Shown piece by piece: positions 36,885 to 44,925 of a stretch of 51,034 nt of DNA (position 1 is its first letter; each line of letters begins with the position of its first letter). Under the pieces are notes generated by a model, which saw only the letters and a program-made list of their open reading frames with translations, was not told the DNA's origin and did not search any database. Origin of the DNA: Candidatus Methylomirabilales bacterium (lineage in GTDB: Bacteria > Methylomirabilota > Methylomirabilia > Methylomirabilales > 2-02-FULL-66-22); the NCBI GenBank assembly GCA_041946635.1, contig JBHGAX010000020.1, positions 1-51,034 on the forward strand, written 5' to 3'. Both the position numbers and the translations under genes were made by a program.

Positions 36885-37939
36885 CACGCGCCGAGATCCT
36901 GCGCCTCTTCTGCTTCGGCTTCGACGGGCACCGCGTGCCCGACCACACCCGCGAGCAGGTTCGCGCCGGCCTCCGCGCCGTCATCCTCTTCGCCCGCAAC
37001 CTCCGCGACCCCGAGCAGGTCTGCCGCCTGAACGGCGACCTCGCCGGCGCGGGGGCGCGGCTCATCGGCGTGGACCAGGAGGGCGGCCGGGTGGTGCGGC
37101 TGCCGCCGCCCTTCAGCCTGCCGCCGCCGGCGGCCGCCGTCGGCGCCTGGGACGACCCGCCGCGCGCCCGGCGCCTCGCCGCGGCCATCGGCGCGGAGCT
37201 GCGCGCCGCCGGGTTCACCTGGAACACCGTGCCCGTCCTGGACATCCACACCAACCCCGCGAACCCGGTCATCGGCGATCGCGCCTACGGCGCGGACCCG
37301 GCGCTGGTCGCCCGGACGGCCATCGCGGTGATGCGGGGCTTCGCGGACGCCGGCATCCTGACCACCGGCAAGCACTTTCCGGGGCACGGGGACTCCGGGA
37401 CCGACTCGCACCACACCCTCCCCATCTGCAGCCAGGCCGCGGCGCGCTGGGATGCCGTGGAGCTGCTGCCCTTCCGCGAGGCGATCCGCGCGGGGATCCC
37501 GGCCCTCATGGTGGCTCACCTGCAGTGCCCGGCGCTGGATGCAGCGGCGCCCACCAGCCTGTCGCACACCGTCATCACGGACCTGCTGCGCCGCCGGCTG
37601 GGCTTCGCCGGCCTGGTGGTGAGCGACGACCTCGAGATGGCCGCCATCGCGGGCCGCGGGGATGTGGGCGAAGCGGCGGTCCGCTTCCTGGAGGCCGGGG
37701 GCGACCTGATCCTGATCTGCCGCCGGCGGGACTACCAGGAGCAGGCCGTGGAGGCGGTGGAGGCGGCCGTCCGGACGGGGCGGCTGCCGGCGGGACGTCT
37801 GAAGGCGTCCCTGGACCGGCTCGCCGCGATCGAGCACTCCCTTCCCGCGCCCGCAGCGAATCCGGAACGGCTGGGCGGCCTCCTGGCCGACGCGCGACAC
37901 GCGGCGGCCGCCCGGGGATCCGAGGGCTGGGACTCCTGA
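36881..37939 (+). CDS. nagZ: Beta-N-acetylhexosaminidase (GH3)
   Basis: 352 aa; GVDQEGGRV, KHFPGHG, VVSDDLEM. GTG start overlaps the upstream stop. Confidence 0.92.
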   Translation: MTRAEILRLFCFGFDGHRVPDHTREQVRAGLRAVILFARNLRDPEQVCRLNGDLAGAGARLIGVDQEGGRVVRLPPPFSLPPPAAAVGAWDDPPRARRLAAAIGAELRAAGFTWNTVPVLDIHTNPANPVIGDRAYGADPALVARTAIAVMRGFADAGILTTGKHFPGHGDSGTDSHHTLPICSQAAARWDAVELLPFREAIRAGIPALMVAHLQCPALDAAAPTSLSHTVITDLLRRRLGFAGLVVSDDLEMAAIAGRGDVGEAAVRFLEAGGDLILICRRRDYQEQAVEAVEAAVRTGRLPAGRLKASLDRLAAIEHSLPAPAANPERLGGLLADARHAAAARGSEGWDS

Positions 37940-38106
37940 CGCCCGTGTTCCGTCTGCCAGGATTGCTGCCGTTCTGGCAGGAAAGGCCTCCGGGCTGCCC
38001 AATCGATCCCCGAGTTTTTAAGCACTTACGCGTACTGCTCGACGGTACAGGCCTTGCTATGTCTCAAGGCACGCATTGTTGTCCCGTGAGACCGGAGGGC
38101 GCGTGG

Positions 38107-38661
38107 ATGGGCAGGCTGCAGGGCGCAGGGCGAAACCCGAGGGGCTTCAATGTCATCGAGATGGCCATCGTGGTCAGCATCTTCCTCATCGTGGCCGGCA
38201 TCGCCATCCCGGGCATCGTCGGCGGCGTGCAGCGCACCGGCGTGGACGGCGCGTCCCGCCGGATCGCGGAGGATATCCGCCTGGCACAGTCCAACGCAAT
38301 CACCCGCGGCCTCCAGGCGCGTCTCCTGATTTTCGACCAGAATGGCGTGGCGCAGGTTGCGGGCGGGACGAACATCACGGACACGACGAAGGCGAACCTG
38401 TACCGCATTGAAACCCGGACCAGCGCCACCGCCTCCTGGCCGGCTCTGGCCGACACCCCCGGGAGCAACACCAACGTGGTCACCGCCTGGAACAACCTCC
38501 GGAGCGGCTACGGCGGCGTGAACGTCACGACGAGCAACGTCCTCGTCTTCCGCACCCTGGGCAACCTGGACGCGACCTCGGCACTGGATATCGTCTTGCA
38601 GGGATCGGGGGGAACGAAGACGGTCCGGACGAGCGTGATCGGAAAGGCGACCATCCTGTGA
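38107..38661 (+). CDS. Minor pilin / pseudopilin, FimT/GspH-like
   Basis: Prepilin motif RG|FNVIEMAIVVSIFLIVAGIAIPG with Glu+5; RRIAEDIRLAQSNAITRG GspH-like segment. ATG sits 8 nt after GGAGGG. Confidence 0.85.
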   Translation: MGRLQGAGRNPRGFNVIEMAIVVSIFLIVAGIAIPGIVGGVQRTGVDGASRRIAEDIRLAQSNAITRGLQARLLIFDQNGVAQVAGGTNITDTTKANLYRIETRTSATASWPALADTPGSNTNVVTAWNNLRSGYGGVNVTTSNVLVFRTLGNLDATSALDIVLQGSGGTKTVRTSVIGKATIL

Positions 38662-39191
38662 GCCGCGCGCTGCTCCCCGCCCGCCGATCCCGTGGCCACC
38701 CGCCACGCGCCGGCTTCACCATCGCGGAGCTGCTGGTGGCGTCCAGCATCCTCCTGGTGGCGCTCCTCGGCATCGCGGCCGTCCTGCCGGTCGCCGACAT
38801 GACGCTCCACAAGTCCGGCCAGATCTCCAAGGCGGTGTCGCTCGCCCAGGAAATGATCGAGATCATCAAGAACGACCCCTTTCACGTGCTCGACAGCTAC
38901 AACGGCGCGGACACGCGAAACACGGCCACGTTCCCCGCGGACGAGTACGTCGGGCCGGGGAACCCCGGGAACTTCATGGGCACCACCAACCTGACGAAGT
39001 GGAAGAACGACATCGACCTCTACCTGGCCACCGGCGCCGGCATTACGGGCGGGTACGGGACGATCGGCGTGGTGGACGTGGCAACCGTGAGCGGGTCGGC
39101 GGTCCTGCGGAAGGTGACCGTGCGCGTCATCTGGACGGAAGCAGGCCGGTCCTACCAGGTCGAGCTGGCCACCCTGGCGTCGGGCATCTGA
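38658..39191 (+). CDS. Minor pilin, PilV-like
   Basis: AG|FTIAELLVASSILLVALLGIAAV prepilin motif. GTGA overlap with the upstream gene. Confidence 0.85.
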   Translation: MSRALLPARRSRGHPPRAGFTIAELLVASSILLVALLGIAAVLPVADMTLHKSGQISKAVSLAQEMIEIIKNDPFHVLDSYNGADTRNTATFPADEYVGPGNPGNFMGTTNLTKWKNDIDLYLATGAGITGGYGTIGVVDVATVSGSAVLRKVTVRVIWTEAGRSYQVELATLASGI

Positions 39192-39199
39192 GGGCGATC

Positions 39200-39850
39200 G
39201 TGCAGCAGCCACGGCAAAGGCAGCGGGCCGGCGCACGAGGCTTCACCATCCTCGAGACGCTCGTGAGCATGTCCATCTTCCTGGTGGTCATGTACGGCGT
39301 CTACACGGTCTACGACGTGGGGCAGGAGAATTACGAGCGCGGCAGCCGTCAGTGGGACGTCCAGTCGCAGGCCCGCGTGGCCATGGAGCGTATGGCGCGC
39401 GAGATCCGCATGGCGGGTTACGACTCCCCCAACAAGCCGCCGGATGCGATCCTGATCGCGACGGCCGACACGATCACCATCCGCGCCAACCTGGGCGCCG
39501 GCCTCCAGTACGTCACCTACAGCCGGCGCGACTGCACCGGCGCGCTCGGCAACACACTCTACCGGAACGCCTCGACCACCACCTACTGCGGCGGGGACGC
39601 CTTCATCGACGGCGTGACCGCCTTGACCTTCGCCTTTTACGAAATGAACGGGGTGGCCCTCGCCACCATGCCCCTGGATGGCCAGGCGCACGTCACGGGC
39701 TCGGGAACTCCGAGCACGCCGGCCGCGGGCAGCGACCGGAAGAAGGTGCGCCAGGTGAAGATCGCGCTGACCGCGCAGCAGACGGTGGGCGGCCACGTCG
39801 TGCCCTTTACCGTCACCACCGACGTGGCGCTGCGGAACATGGTCCCGTAG
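39200..39850 (+). CDS. Minor pilin, PilW-like
   Basis: RG|FTILETLVSMSIFLVVMYGVY prepilin motif. GTG 39200 sits 5 nt after GAGGG. Confidence 0.85.
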   Translation: MQQPRQRQRAGARGFTILETLVSMSIFLVVMYGVYTVYDVGQENYERGSRQWDVQSQARVAMERMAREIRMAGYDSPNKPPDAILIATADTITIRANLGAGLQYVTYSRRDCTGALGNTLYRNASTTTYCGGDAFIDGVTALTFAFYEMNGVALATMPLDGQAHVTGSGTPSTPAAGSDRKKVRQVKIALTAQQTVGGHVVPFTVTTDVALRNMVP

Positions 39851-39874
39851 GCGGATCTGCCGGGAGGACCTGCC

Positions 39875-41404
39875 ATGCGACCTGTACTCCGGCTCGGGCG
39901 CGGATCGGCCGCGCAGCCGCCAGGCGTCGTCCTCGTGCTCACGGTCCTGCTGGTCGGGCTGATGATGGTGATGGGCACGACCATGATCAACCTGGCGGGC
40001 TCAGACTTCCAGATCGCGAACAACGAGTCGAAGAGCATCCAGGCGCTGTACAACGCCGACGCGGGGCTGGAAGAGGTGAAGATGCGCCTCAGCCCGAGCC
40101 TCGGGACGGACTACTACGACCCGACTTCGAATCCGACCGGCAAGCGCATTCCGGTGATCGCCTCCCCGGACTGGCGGGTCTACCTGCTCTCGGGACACAC
40201 CCAGGCGGAAATCCAGGGGGGGCTCGACGGTGCGTACGCCAAGCGCGGGCCGGACTATACGGCGACGGAGGGTACGACCAACTACCGCTACATGAATACC
40301 ATCCAGACCAGCAACCAGATCCTGTGGGGCTGGGCCCGGGTGGAGTACAAGCGGGACGGCGCTGGCAACATCATCTATTACAACCCGCTGGGCGACCCCA
40401 CCGCCTCGCCCGCGGTGCCGATCGAAGTCGCTACGGCAACGCAGACGGTCAGCGGGACGACGATCAACAACCCGCCGATCTTCGTGATCACCGCCGAAGG
40501 GATCCAGGGAAGCGTCCGGCGGGTCATCAGCGCCGAGTACCGGCCCAACGTTCTCGTGACCTGGACCACCGACACGATCATTCGCGAGCCGTTCGCCAAC
40601 GCCGTGCACGGGCGGGGTGTCGTCAACCTCAGCGGGAACGGAACGACGGACAGCTACAACTCGAACGACGGCCCGTACGGCGGCAGCAATGTGCTCAGCA
40701 ATGGCGACGTCAGCACCGACCGCGTCGGCTCCGGCTCCATCACGATCGGCGCGAACGCCACGGTGAACGGATCCGTGCTCTGCGGTCCGACCTGCAACAC
40801 CAGCACGGATGTCGTGGTCAGCGGGCACGTCAGCGGCTCGATCAGCCAGGAGCCCAACACCCTCGACATGCCCCTCCCCGTCATCCCAGCCGGCGTCACC
40901 AACCAGGGAGCGCTGAGCATCACCGGCAACCGGGACGTGACGCTGAATGCCGGGACCTACTGGTTCTCGTCCATCCACATCGCGGGCAATGGCCGCCTCA
41001 GAACCAGCGGACAGGTGAAGATCTACGTGACGGGCAACGTGGACATCGGGGGGAACGGGGTCATCGCCGCCAACAACGCGCCGCCGAACCTCCTCATCTA
41101 CGGAACCTCGACGAATCCGACCAACCCCACGGCGCCGGGCGCCTCGACCTGTACCAGCGTGAGCATTCACGGCAACGGCTCGTTCGTGGGCGCGATCTAC
41201 GCCCCGAACGCGGACATCAGCCTGGTCGGCAACGCCGCCACCTATGGGTCGCTGTCGGGCAACACGGTGACCATCACGGGGAATGGTGAGTTCCACTACG
41301 ACGAAGCGCTCGGAATGCTGGATCGCCAGGTGACCACGACCACCACGATCCAGACGAACATGACCGGCTACAACCGCTTCTCCTGGCGCGAGATCCCGTT
41401 CTGA
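39875..41404 (+). CDS. Large PilX_N-domain protein with Gly/Asn/Thr-rich C-terminal predicted beta-helix (ComZ/PilX-like tip-protein candidate)
   Basis: 509 aa; the hydrophobic N-terminus GVVLVLTVLLVGLMMVMGTT...QALYNADAGLEEV lacks Glu+5. The C-terminal half has repeated GNG/VxGxxS segments ending IYAPNADISLVGNAATYGSL. Confidence 0.8.
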   Translation: MRPVLRLGRGSAAQPPGVVLVLTVLLVGLMMVMGTTMINLAGSDFQIANNESKSIQALYNADAGLEEVKMRLSPSLGTDYYDPTSNPTGKRIPVIASPDWRVYLLSGHTQAEIQGGLDGAYAKRGPDYTATEGTTNYRYMNTIQTSNQILWGWARVEYKRDGAGNIIYYNPLGDPTASPAVPIEVATATQTVSGTTINNPPIFVITAEGIQGSVRRVISAEYRPNVLVTWTTDTIIREPFANAVHGRGVVNLSGNGTTDSYNSNDGPYGGSNVLSNGDVSTDRVGSGSITIGANATVNGSVLCGPTCNTSTDVVVSGHVSGSISQEPNTLDMPLPVIPAGVTNQGALSITGNRDVTLNAGTYWFSSIHIAGNGRLRTSGQVKIYVTGNVDIGGNGVIAANNAPPNLLIYGTSTNPTNPTAPGASTCTSVSIHGNGSFVGAIYAPNADISLVGNAATYGSLSGNTVTITGNGEFHYDEALGMLDRQVTTTTTIQTNMTGYNRFSWREIPF

Positions 41405-41426
41405 GACGGAACGCTCGGGCGTGGCC

Positions 41427-41463
41427 GAGGGGCGCGGCTTCCGCCGCGCCCCTCGCTCTTTTT
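41427..41463 (+). terminator. Canonical intrinsic terminator GAGGGGCGCGGC-ttcc-GCCGCGCCCCTC + GCTCTTTTT
   Basis: Perfect 12-bp stem, 4-nt loop, T5 tract, 23 nt after the stop at 41404. Confidence 0.8.
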
Positions 41464-41509
41464 GGAGCCCCCGGCGTTGTCCCATGTCACCCCCAAGGTC
41501 AGGGCCGCC

Positions 41510-41538
41510 TTGACACCCGCGGACGGCTTCGCTAAGTT
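41510..41538 (+). promoter_or_regulatory. Sigma70-like promoter TTGACA-N17-TAAGTT
   Basis: Read directly, 54 nt upstream of GTG 41592. Confidence 0.5.
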
Positions 41539-41591
41539 GCGGCCGTGCCGGGACCGGCGCCGTGCGGCTACGCTGTCCGGGAGGGGGCCCC

Positions 41592-41801
41592 GTGCACCTG
41601 GCGCAGGAGCGCCTGGAAGCCATCCGGAATACGCCCTACGCCAGCATCCCGACCAGCTATGCGGACGACTTCCCGCAGTCCGGTTTCCGGCGGAGCACCG
41701 CCGTGACGGAGAACCTCCCCATCGCGGGCGTGAAGCGGATCGTGGTCACCGTGTCGGGCGGCGGCGCCACCGCCCAGGAAGAGATGCTGGTGAGCCAATG
41801 A
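41592..41801 (+). CDS. PilV-like fragment lacking prepilin leader and hydrophobic helix (69 aa)
   Basis: VHLAQERLEAIRNTPYASIPTSYADD aligns with VSLAQEMIEIIKNDPFHVLDSYNGAD, starting at residue 60 of the 38658 PilV-like protein. An in-frame TGA at 41511-41513 excludes an N-terminal extension. GTG sits 7 nt after GGAGG. May be a remnant. Confidence 0.55.
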   Translation: MHLAQERLEAIRNTPYASIPTSYADDFPQSGFRRSTAVTENLPIAGVKRIVVTVSGGGATAQEEMLVSQ

Positions 41802-42694
41802 GCGGAGCCGGGCCCGGCCGGCCGGCCCGCCGTGCGGGCGAGCCTGCCGGCGTCACCCTGATCGAGGCGGTAATCGCGATGGCCCTCATGGGCATCGTCA
41901 CCACCGCGATGTACGCCTTCTTCCTGGCCACGAACGCGTCGTACGCCGACCAGGCCGTCGTCTCGCGGACCCTGTGGACGGCCAACGACGCCATGCGGCG
42001 CATCGCCGACGACATCCGGCGGGCCGGCATCACCGCCGGGCTGGCGCCGGCCTGCTCCGCGCTGCTCCCGATGGTGGTCAGCGCCACCAACGCCAGCGGC
42101 GGCAGCATCACCATTCGCCTGGTGCTCGACGATCCGGCCCGCCGCACCGAACTGGACAGCGATCAGAGCCAGACCGCCCCGACCCTGCGCGTGGTGACCA
42201 CCGCCGGCTGGCAGCGCGAGGACATCGGCTTCCTCACCGACGGCGCCCAGTGCACGCGCTTCACCGTGACCGCGCCCCCCGGCGGCACGCCGCCCGGCCT
42301 CACGCACGTGCCGGCGAACGACACCAACAGCAGCGGCGGCGCCGGCTACACTTACCGGGCCGGCAGCCTGGTGTACCGGCAGCTCCTGGACGAGCGCGTC
42401 ACCTACGCCATCGACACGACGGACCCGGACACCTGGTGGCTGACCCGGGATACCGGGACGGGCCCGCGCCGCTTGATCCCCGACGTGCAGTCCATCGGGT
42501 TCTCCTACATCCTGGCCAGCGGGGCAACCGTGACCGATCCCTCCACCATCACAACCGTGGCCGCCGCCGGGACCATCCGGCGCGTCAATATCGCGGTGAC
42601 TGTCCAGGCGGACACGCGGAGCCGGGCCGGCAGCCTGGCCTTCCGCACGCAGACGCTCACCTCGTCGGTGAAGCTGCGGAACCTGGGCTCCTGA
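41798..42694 (+). CDS. Minor pilin, PilW-like (second copy)
   Basis: AG|VTLIEAVIAMALMGIVTTAMYAFF prepilin motif. ATGA overlap with the upstream ORF. Confidence 0.85.
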   Translation: MSGAGPGRPARRAGEPAGVTLIEAVIAMALMGIVTTAMYAFFLATNASYADQAVVSRTLWTANDAMRRIADDIRRAGITAGLAPACSALLPMVVSATNASGGSITIRLVLDDPARRTELDSDQSQTAPTLRVVTTAGWQREDIGFLTDGAQCTRFTVTAPPGGTPPGLTHVPANDTNSSGGAGYTYRAGSLVYRQLLDERVTYAIDTTDPDTWWLTRDTGTGPRRLIPDVQSIGFSYILASGATVTDPSTITTVAAAGTIRRVNIAVTVQADTRSRAGSLAFRTQTLTSSVKLRNLGS

Positions 42695-42701
42695 GCCGGG
42701 A

Positions 42702-44456
42702 GTGCGCGTGACACCGGGAGTCGGGCAGCGGCGGCGCGAGCGAGAGCGCGGGGCGGTGCTCATCGTGGCCGTGGTCTTCACGGCCCTCGTGGCCGTGGGG
42801 AGCATCGTGGCGGTGAGCGGCACGCTGGAAGCGGTGCGGAGCTCCGCCAGCCAGCTCCGCGACAAGCGGGCCTTCTTCGGGGCGGAGGGCAGCGCCGCGC
42901 TCTGCAAGGGGGAGCTGCGCAACCGGCTGCTGGTCGCCCTCCCCGCCCAGATGAAGCAGCTGGCGTCCATCGCGACGATCACGAACAGCATCTACACGCC
43001 GAACGATCCGGCCCGGCTGCTGGTGGACTACGCCTACAATGCCGCGACCTCCCTCGGCGGGCGGTTCATCCGGGACAGCGCCACCCAGGCGCACCTGAGG
43101 CTCGAGTACGCCGCTCCGGGCGCCAGCAACCGCTATGACTGCACGTTGACCCTGATCTCCCGGAAGGAGCCGGCGGTCATCAACGTCACGCCGCCGGTAT
43201 ACGCACCCGCCGACCCCGATCATGACGATCCAACCTACCTTTTCCGGTATGCCTACACCATCACGGGAGCCGTGACCGACGGCAGCACCACCCGGCAGGT
43301 GGCCCTGGACGGGGCGGTCGACATTACGCTCCAAACCGACAACTTCGCGCGCTACGCGCTCCTCACCAATCAGCAGACCAGCGGCGGAGGCGAGGTCTGG
43401 TTCACCAATCGCACGAGCTTTTCCGGCCCGGTGCACACCAACGGCAAGTTCAACTTCGCGAACAATCCCAGCGGGCGCTTCACGGATGTGGTCACCAGCG
43501 TCAACAGCCAGGCCCGCTTCTACAATAACGGCCGCCCCAGAGACGATGACGCGGACCGCAACGGCGACCTGGACGTGCCGGTGTTCGAGAACGGGTTCAG
43601 CCGGAGCGCGGAGAACATCCCCATGCCCACGGGCACGAGCGCGAACCGACAGGTGGAGAAAGCGCTGGGCATGGCGGATGGAGCGCTGGGGGACGGCGCC
43701 TTTCCCAGCATGTCGACGGGCGTTCACCTGGGCGTGTCGGGCGACGCGATGACGGGCGGGATCTACGTGAACACCGGCACCAGCGGCGGCACCAATCCGG
43801 CCTCCGTGACCCTCGCCGGAGGCAGCACGGCCACCTACAGCATCACCATCGGCGGCGCGACGACCACGGTGACGGCGAATCCGTCCGCCCGGACGACGAC
43901 CCTGCGCGCGCCGAACGGCACGACGACCACCTATGCCGGACTGCCGAACGGCATGCTGTTCGTCAACGGGCGGGTGGGGAGCCTGAGCGGCACCCTGCAG
44001 CGGGACACCCAGGTGACGATCGCCGCCACGAACGACGTCGTGATCACGAACAACGTGGTCTACGAGAACTACACGGGCGGCGCCACCCCCAGCGCGGAGG
44101 GCACCAGCAACCTGCTCGGCCTGATGTCCTGGAGCGGCAACGTGCGCATCGGCACCTCGGCGCCGAACGACGTCAGCGTACACGCCACCGTCATGACACC
44201 CACCGGGGAGTTCCGGGTGGACAGCTACAACAGCGGCTCGGCCAGGGGGACCGCCACCGTGCTGGGAGGCGTGATCGAGAACACCTACGGTCCCTTCGGG
44301 ACGTTCGGCAGCGGCACGACGGGCTACGGCCGGAACTTCGTCTTCGACACGCGCATGCGGCGCGGCATGTGGCCGCCGTTCTTCCCGAAGATCTCGCGCG
44401 TCGCCACCACGGTGACGGGACTCAATGATCGACCCAACTGGCAGCAGCCCGACTAG
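42702..44456 (+). CDS. Large N-terminally anchored protein, PilX_N/DUF4900-like
   Basis: 584 aa; GAVLIVAVVFTALVAVGSIVAV anchor. NFARYALLTNQ...VWFTNRTSFSGPVHTNGKFNF resembles what I recall as DUF4900. An alternative GTG at 42708 sits 6 nt after GGGAG. Confidence 0.8.
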   Translation: MRVTPGVGQRRRERERGAVLIVAVVFTALVAVGSIVAVSGTLEAVRSSASQLRDKRAFFGAEGSAALCKGELRNRLLVALPAQMKQLASIATITNSIYTPNDPARLLVDYAYNAATSLGGRFIRDSATQAHLRLEYAAPGASNRYDCTLTLISRKEPAVINVTPPVYAPADPDHDDPTYLFRYAYTITGAVTDGSTTRQVALDGAVDITLQTDNFARYALLTNQQTSGGGEVWFTNRTSFSGPVHTNGKFNFANNPSGRFTDVVTSVNSQARFYNNGRPRDDDADRNGDLDVPVFENGFSRSAENIPMPTGTSANRQVEKALGMADGALGDGAFPSMSTGVHLGVSGDAMTGGIYVNTGTSGGTNPASVTLAGGSTATYSITIGGATTTVTANPSARTTTLRAPNGTTTTYAGLPNGMLFVNGRVGSLSGTLQRDTQVTIAATNDVVITNNVVYENYTGGATPSAEGTSNLLGLMSWSGNVRIGTSAPNDVSVHATVMTPTGEFRVDSYNSGSARGTATVLGGVIENTYGPFGTFGSGTTGYGRNFVFDTRMRRGMWPPFFPKISRVATTVTGLNDRPNWQQPD

Positions 44457-44859
44457 CGAGCCCGAGCCCCCGGACAGCGCCGATGGCGCCCACGAGCCGC
44501 TGCAGCCGGAAGATTTCGTCCCGCGCCGCCGCTCGCTTTACGCCGTGCCCCTGTGGACGCGCCGGGCGCCGGACACGGACGTCGCGGCCCCGGCGCGGCC
44601 CGCCGCCTGGCTCGTCCTGGCCTACGTCGGCGCGGTCGCCCTCGCGGCGTGGATCGTGCTGGCCGCGTGGATGCCCGGCACGCCGGTCGCGCCGCCGCGC
44701 GACCCCGCCACGCGCTTCCCGCCCCGCGCCGCCTGGACGGCGCCACCGCCAGCGGCGAAGCCGGCCCCCGGCGAGACGGCTAGGCCGCCCGAGTATCGGC
44801 GGCTGACGGACGAGGAGCTTCGCTCGCAGCTTCCGCCCGGCGCCGTCCTCGTCGAGTAA
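44425..44859 (+). CDS. Hypothetical Pro-rich bitopic membrane protein
   Basis: 144 aa; a single TM WLVLAYVGAVALAAWIVLAAW flanked by Pro/Ala-rich segments. Very high GC3 in this frame. Overlaps the upstream gene by 32 nt. Confidence 0.6.
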   Translation: MIDPTGSSPTSEPEPPDSADGAHEPLQPEDFVPRRRSLYAVPLWTRRAPDTDVAAPARPAAWLVLAYVGAVALAAWIVLAAWMPGTPVAPPRDPATRFPPRAAWTAPPPAAKPAPGETARPPEYRRLTDEELRSQLPPGAVLVE

Positions 44860-44885
44860 CCGGCCGTCCGCCAAGCGCGCTCAGT

Positions 44886-44901
44886 CGTTCTTCCGTTCTT
44901 C
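44886..44901. repeat. Tandem octamer CGTTCTTC x2
   Basis: Read directly in the spacer between convergent genes. Confidence 0.75.
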
Positions 44902-44925
44902 CGCAACCCGCCGAGCGCTCCGGCG

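Noticed and set aside
37955-37990. Sigma54 promoter (TGGCAG) or terminator hairpin CTGCCAG...CTGGCAG upstream of the pilin island
   Set aside because: There is no TTGC/GC element at the required 10-nt spacing. The 7-bp hairpin lacks a U-tract, so neither call can be supported.
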